Assembly: GCA_900547725.1 (NCBI GenBank)
Contig: URHR01000002.1
Span: 3,294-67,293, forward strand
Source of the DNA: an uncultured Eubacteriales bacterium
GTDB lineage: Bacteria; Bacillota; Clostridia; Oscillospirales; CAG-272
Direction of reading: 5' to 3'
Length of the DNA: 64,000 bases
Position numbers and translations under genes: made by a program
Notes under the pieces: generated by a model
The model's database searches: none
What the model saw: only the letters and a program-made list of their open reading frames with translations
Told to the model about the DNA's origin: nothing
Shown: piece by piece, positions 60,429-64,000 of the stretch
Layout: every line of letters starts with the position of its first letter
Numbering within the stretch: the stretch's first letter is position 1

Positions 60429-61082
60429 ATGAAAAACAGAATCTTCCAGTCTATACGGGCTCTTTTCGCCGCCGTTTTGTCGGTTTCGCTCACCGTTTCG
60501 GTTCTTTCCGCCTTTCCTGCCGCCCGCGCGGAGGAAACGGGAAGCACTGCCGGAACAAAGACCTATCAATATTCCGTTGAAATCGAGTTCGGCGCTATGA
60601 CCTTTTGCTATGACTACGGGACATGGAATCCGTCCAATCTGCGCTATGAAGCCGACGAAACCGAAAATCCCGGTGCGGGAACGGTTGCGGGCTACCCGGG
60701 GTGGTACGGTTTTGACGGAACGGCAAACAAAATCAGCGTGAAATACCACGCAACCGAAGCCACCGGGGAAGCAAACAGCCTGTTGCAGGTCATGCTCTCT
60801 TACCGTGCGCTGACCGCTACCGACGGAGGCACGTCCATTGCGGCAGGCGTTGCGGGCGTAAAGTCCGAGTTATATGCCGATACGGCGCTGACCCAAAAGC
60901 TCGGCGATCTCGACGGGGACGGCATTGCGCTGTCGGTTGCAAAGAACGGTTCGGCTGAGGTCTGGCTGTCGCTGAAGGGCGAGCCGATGGTGAACGGCAA
61001 CCCGTTCACGTCTCAGAACTTGATTCCCATCGGAATGCTGACCATTGCGCTTGCGGGATTTACAACGGATGGAGGAAACTGA
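60429..61082 (+). CDS. Small secreted protein, paralogue 4 (217 aa)
   Basis: AGGAGGAG RBS. Signal peptide ...SVLSAFPAARA. Core YSVEIEFGAMTFCYDYGTWNPSNLRYE is nearly identical in pattern to the adhesin C-terminus. Confidence 0.85.
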   Translation: MKNRIFQSIRALFAAVLSVSLTVSVLSAFPAARAEETGSTAGTKTYQYSVEIEFGAMTFCYDYGTWNPSNLRYEADETENPGAGTVAGYPGWYGFDGTANKISVKYHATEATGEANSLLQVMLSYRALTATDGGTSIAAGVAGVKSELYADTALTQKLGDLDGDGIALSVAKNGSAEVWLSLKGEPMVNGNPFTSQNLIPIGMLTIALAGFTTDGGN

Positions 61083-61083
61083 A

Positions 61084-61611
61084 ATGCACAGATACAGCAC
61101 AACCCAATTGAAAAGGATTCTCCCCATCGGAGCTGTCTGCCTGCTTTTGGCTGCCGCCGTGGTTGCGGGAGTGGTATTCGCCATCCTGTTCAAACCGGAA
61201 ATCTACGAGAAGCAAGCCATGGACGGCGCGCCGCAGGAACTGCCCGAGAGCTACGGTTACGTTTCCTACGAAACCGAGGGTGTTTGCAAGGTCTTTCTTG
61301 CCTGCACGCCCGCGTTTGACGGAACGTTTGCAGGCATCAATCTGACCAACCCCGTGGAAAACAACGTTTTGCTCAAAGCCGAGCTCTACTCGGTCAAGGT
61401 GGTGCAGACGGGTGACGGAAAAGCCGATTTTGCCCCCGATAAAAAGCTTGGAGAGACGGGATTCCTCCGCCCGGGCACTTATGTGGAGAATGTCAAGCTG
61501 AGCGGTCTGACCGCGGGCGAAGAAAACCGCGTGCTGGTCAAAATCGCCACCATGAATGAGGAGAACCGCACAAGCAACGGTTTCTTCTACATCCGAACCA
61601 CCATTTCCTGA
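61084..61611 (+). CDS. N-terminally membrane-anchored protein (175 aa) whose ectodomain resembles the C-terminal domain of the GLUG protein
   Basis: GGAGGA RBS. The ATG lies 1 nt after the upstream stop. Anchor KRILPIGAVCLLLAAAVVAGVVFAILF. GINLTNPVENN..LRPGTYVENVKL..VLVKI compares with VINYVNPASST..VQIGYQLENCKI..VMVIE in 53430-54950. Confidence 0.8.
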   Translation: MHRYSTTQLKRILPIGAVCLLLAAAVVAGVVFAILFKPEIYEKQAMDGAPQELPESYGYVSYETEGVCKVFLACTPAFDGTFAGINLTNPVENNVLLKAELYSVKVVQTGDGKADFAPDKKLGETGFLRPGTYVENVKLSGLTAGEENRVLVKIATMNEENRTSNGFFYIRTTIS

Positions 61612-61619
61612 TTACGCCT

Positions 61620-61655
61620 GCCGGCACACATCTTCTCCGTGTGTCGGCTTTTTTT
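61620..61655 (+). terminator. Intrinsic terminator closing the seven-gene locus
   Basis: GCCGGCACAC / GTGTGTCGGC (one G-U pair) followed by T7, then a further T6. Confidence 0.85.
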
Positions 61656-61754
61656 GCCTTTTTTCGGAAAAACGGTTGAAGTGCGGCGCATTTCATGGTA
61701 TAATAATACGGTATACAGAAACGGACCGCGCTGTGCGGCTGTGGGAGGTTTTTT

Positions 61755-63704
61755 ATGTTGGATTTTATACGGGTTGCGGCGTGCGTGCCGACGGTTACGG
61801 TCGGGAACACCCTGCGGAATACCGAGGCGATTCTCGGAATGGCGCGGAAGGCGGCGGAGAAACAGCCGCAGCTGACCGTATTTCCCGAACTGTCGCTGAC
61901 GGGCTACACCTGCGCCGATCTGTTCTTCCAGTCCGCGCTTCTGCAGGGCGCGAAGGATGGCTTGCGCGAGATTGTCCGTGTTTCCGCCGCGCTTTCCTCC
62001 GCTCTGGCGGTCGGCTTGCCGTTGGAACTTGGCGGGAGACTGTACAACTGCGCGGCAATCGTCGCGGGCGGTCGGCTTCTCGGTCTTGTGCCCAAAACCT
62101 ATATTCCGAACTATAACGAGTTTTACGAAAAGCGGTGGTTCACCCCGGGTACGGAGCTGGCGCTCTCTGAAGTCAGCGCCGAGGCTCTGGGGCTTGGCGA
62201 CCTGCAGGGGGAGACTGTTCCGATCGGAACGGATCTGATCTTTGACGCGGGCGCGTTCCGTTTTGGCGCGGAGATCTGCGAGGATCTCTGGGCAACCGTT
62301 CCGCCGAGCGCCTACCTTGCCATGGGCGGCGCGGAGGTCATGCTCAACCTCTCGGCAAGCAACGAGACGATTTCCAAGCGCCGTTACCGTCGCTCGCTTG
62401 TCTCCGCACAGTCGGCGGCGCAACTGGACGGCTATGTCTATGTATCGGCGGGCTGTACCGAGTCCACAACCGATCTCATTTTCTCGGGGCACAGCATGAT
62501 CTGCGAAGCGGGCAGGATGATTGCCGAGAACCGCGAAACGATTGACGGGGACTATATCCTCTTTGGCGACATCGACCTCGGCAAAATGCGCGTGGATCGG
62601 CTTAAAATCAAGACCTTCGCGGACGGCGCGGCGCAGAACGCCCGCAGCTTCCGCCGCGTGGCTGTCCCGCTGGAGATTCCCGAAAACGACCTTTCCTATT
62701 ATCCCGTCAGCCGCCTGCCCTTCGTGCCGGACGCCAGGAGCGACCGCACCGAGCGGTGTATGGATATCTTCGAGATGCAGGTCATGGGACTGAAGAAGCG
62801 CATGGAGGTCACGCACGGGCGACCCGTGATCGGCGTTTCGGGCGGTCTGGATTCCACGCTGGCGCTCTTGGTTGCCACTGAGGCGGCGCGGCGCATGGGG
62901 AAGCCCACGACCGACGTGGTGGGTATCACCATGCCGTGTTTCGGCACGACCGACCGCACCTACCGCAACTCCCTTGAGCTGATGCGCACGCTCGGCATTA
63001 CCGCGTTGGAGATTCCGATTGCGGCGGCGGTCGAACAGCATTTCCGCGACATCGGGCAGAATCGCAACACCCTTGACCTGACTTTTGAAAATGCGCAGGC
63101 GAGAGAGCGGACGCAGGTTCTGATGGATTATGCGGGCAGAATCGGCGGCTTTGTTGCCGGGACGGGCGATTTGAGCGAGTTGGCGCTCGGTTGGTGCACC
63201 TACAATGCCGATCACATGAGTATGTACGGAGTCAACTGCGGCGTGCCGAAAACCTTGGTTCGCTGGATGATCGACAGCATTCTGCAAAGCGACCGTTTCG
63301 CATCGTCCGACGCTGTTCTGCGGGATATTCTGGATACGCCCATCAGCCCCGAACTGCTTCCGCCCGACGCGGAAGGGAAGATCGCGCAACAGACCGAAGA
63401 GATTGTCGGTCCTTATGCCCTGCATGATTTCTTTCTCTACTATACAGTCCGTTTCGGCTTCCTGCCCGAAAAGGTGTTTGCTCTGGCAGTCAAGGCGTTT
63501 TGCAACGATTTCGACCGCGCAACGATCAAAAAGTGGCTTCTGGTCTTTTACCGCCGCTTCTTTACGCAGCAGTTCAAGCGGAGCTGTCTGCCGGACGGCG
63601 TGAAACTGGGAAGCATCTGCCTCTCTCCGCGCGGCGACTGGAGAATGCCGAGTGACGCCTCGGCGGAGCTGTGGCTCGCGCGAACCGAGCGCATTGAGGT
63701 CTGA
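61755..63704 (+). CDS. nadE: Glutamine-dependent NAD+ synthetase
   Basis: N-terminal CN-hydrolase domain (FPELSLTGY, EICEDLW) plus a C-terminal synthetase domain with the SGGxDS PP-loop (GVSGGLDST). Confidence 0.95.
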   Translation: MLDFIRVAACVPTVTVGNTLRNTEAILGMARKAAEKQPQLTVFPELSLTGYTCADLFFQSALLQGAKDGLREIVRVSAALSSALAVGLPLELGGRLYNCAAIVAGGRLLGLVPKTYIPNYNEFYEKRWFTPGTELALSEVSAEALGLGDLQGETVPIGTDLIFDAGAFRFGAEICEDLWATVPPSAYLAMGGAEVMLNLSASNETISKRRYRRSLVSAQSAAQLDGYVYVSAGCTESTTDLIFSGHSMICEAGRMIAENRETIDGDYILFGDIDLGKMRVDRLKIKTFADGAAQNARSFRRVAVPLEIPENDLSYYPVSRLPFVPDARSDRTERCMDIFEMQVMGLKKRMEVTHGRPVIGVSGGLDSTLALLVATEAARRMGKPTTDVVGITMPCFGTTDRTYRNSLELMRTLGITALEIPIAAAVEQHFRDIGQNRNTLDLTFENAQARERTQVLMDYAGRIGGFVAGTGDLSELALGWCTYNADHMSMYGVNCGVPKTLVRWMIDSILQSDRFASSDAVLRDILDTPISPELLPPDAEGKIAQQTEEIVGPYALHDFFLYYTVRFGFLPEKVFALAVKAFCNDFDRATIKKWLLVFYRRFFTQQFKRSCLPDGVKLGSICLSPRGDWRMPSDASAELWLARTERIEV

Positions 63705-63721
63705 ATGGGAGAACAACGGAA

Positions 63722-64000
63722 ATGAGTGCAAAGCAATTGACTCTGAAACGGAAACAGCAGATTCTGATTGTAATTGCCTGTCTCGTCTACAGTTTTGCCT
63801 ATACGGGGCGCTACAGCTACAACGCAAACATTGCGCCGATCATGGCGTTCTACAATGTCACGCGCGCGGAAGCGGGGCTGACGGGAACTTTCTTCTTCTT
63901 TGCCTACGGCGCGGGACAGCTGATTCATGCGATTTTCTGCAGGTTCTATCCGAGAAAGTATATCATTCCGGGCGTTCTCGGCGTGTCGGCAATCCTCAAT
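63722..64000 (+). CDS. MFS transporter (sugar-phosphate permease-like), 3' end beyond window
   Basis: Open frame from ATG 63722 to the window edge: MSAKQLTLKRKQQILIVIACLVYSFAYTGRYSYNANIAPIM...GTFFFFAYGAGQL (MFS TM1-TM2 pattern). Absent from the track because no stop codon lies in the window. Confidence 0.75.
   Translation, partial: MSAKQLTLKRKQQILIVIACLVYSFAYTGRYSYNANIAPIMAFYNVTRAEAGLTGTFFFFAYGAGQLIHAIFCRFYPRKYIIPGVLGVSAILN

Overview
This is a 64-kb chromosomal segment from a visibly GC-rich, Gram-positive-type genome. A T-box leader, near-consensus sigma-A promoters with 17-nt spacers, AGGAGG-type RBSs, a V-type ATPase operon and a SleC-like cortex-lytic gene suggest a Clostridia-like organism; that taxon call is inference. 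I can support 61 protein genes. Most are housekeeping: sigA (partial), ligA, T-box-controlled ileS, lspA, rluD, rpe, ispDF, rpiB, tsaBE, rpmB, mtaB, upp, lnt, a nine-gene V-type ATPase operon, deoD and nadE. There is also a CUT2-type sugar ABC transporter with a GH3 hydrolase. The many 100-1300-aa ORFs antisense to these genes are GC-composition artefacts. Non-coding content includes one T-box riboswitch, one GEMM-I (c-di-GMP-I)-like riboswitch, several intrinsic terminators and a three-copy REP-like double-hairpin element. It also includes a 190-bp MITE-like element with 50-bp inverted arms and a multi-hairpin intergenic block. The stand-out region is 53.2-61.7 kb. A consensus promoter and a c-di-GMP-I-type aptamer, whose 3' strand doubles as the 5' arm of an intrinsic terminator (predicted ON switch), precede seven co-directional genes encoding only secreted or membrane proteins. 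These are a bitopic GLUG-repeat protein, a 1162-aa beta-helix/YDG-module adhesin-like protein, four small signal-peptide paralogues and a second membrane anchor. The four small paralogues share a domain with the C-terminus of the adhesin. I found no sortase, LPXTG, pilus ATPase, chaperone/usher or other known assembly gene. I interpret this as a candidate undescribed c-di-GMP-induced surface fibre or adhesion system. A second smaller oddity is an orphan RiPP-like trio (HPr-kinase-like P-loop protein, PqqD, S24-type peptidase) with no visible precursor. No CRISPR array, rRNA, tRNA, prophage or recognisable defence system was seen.
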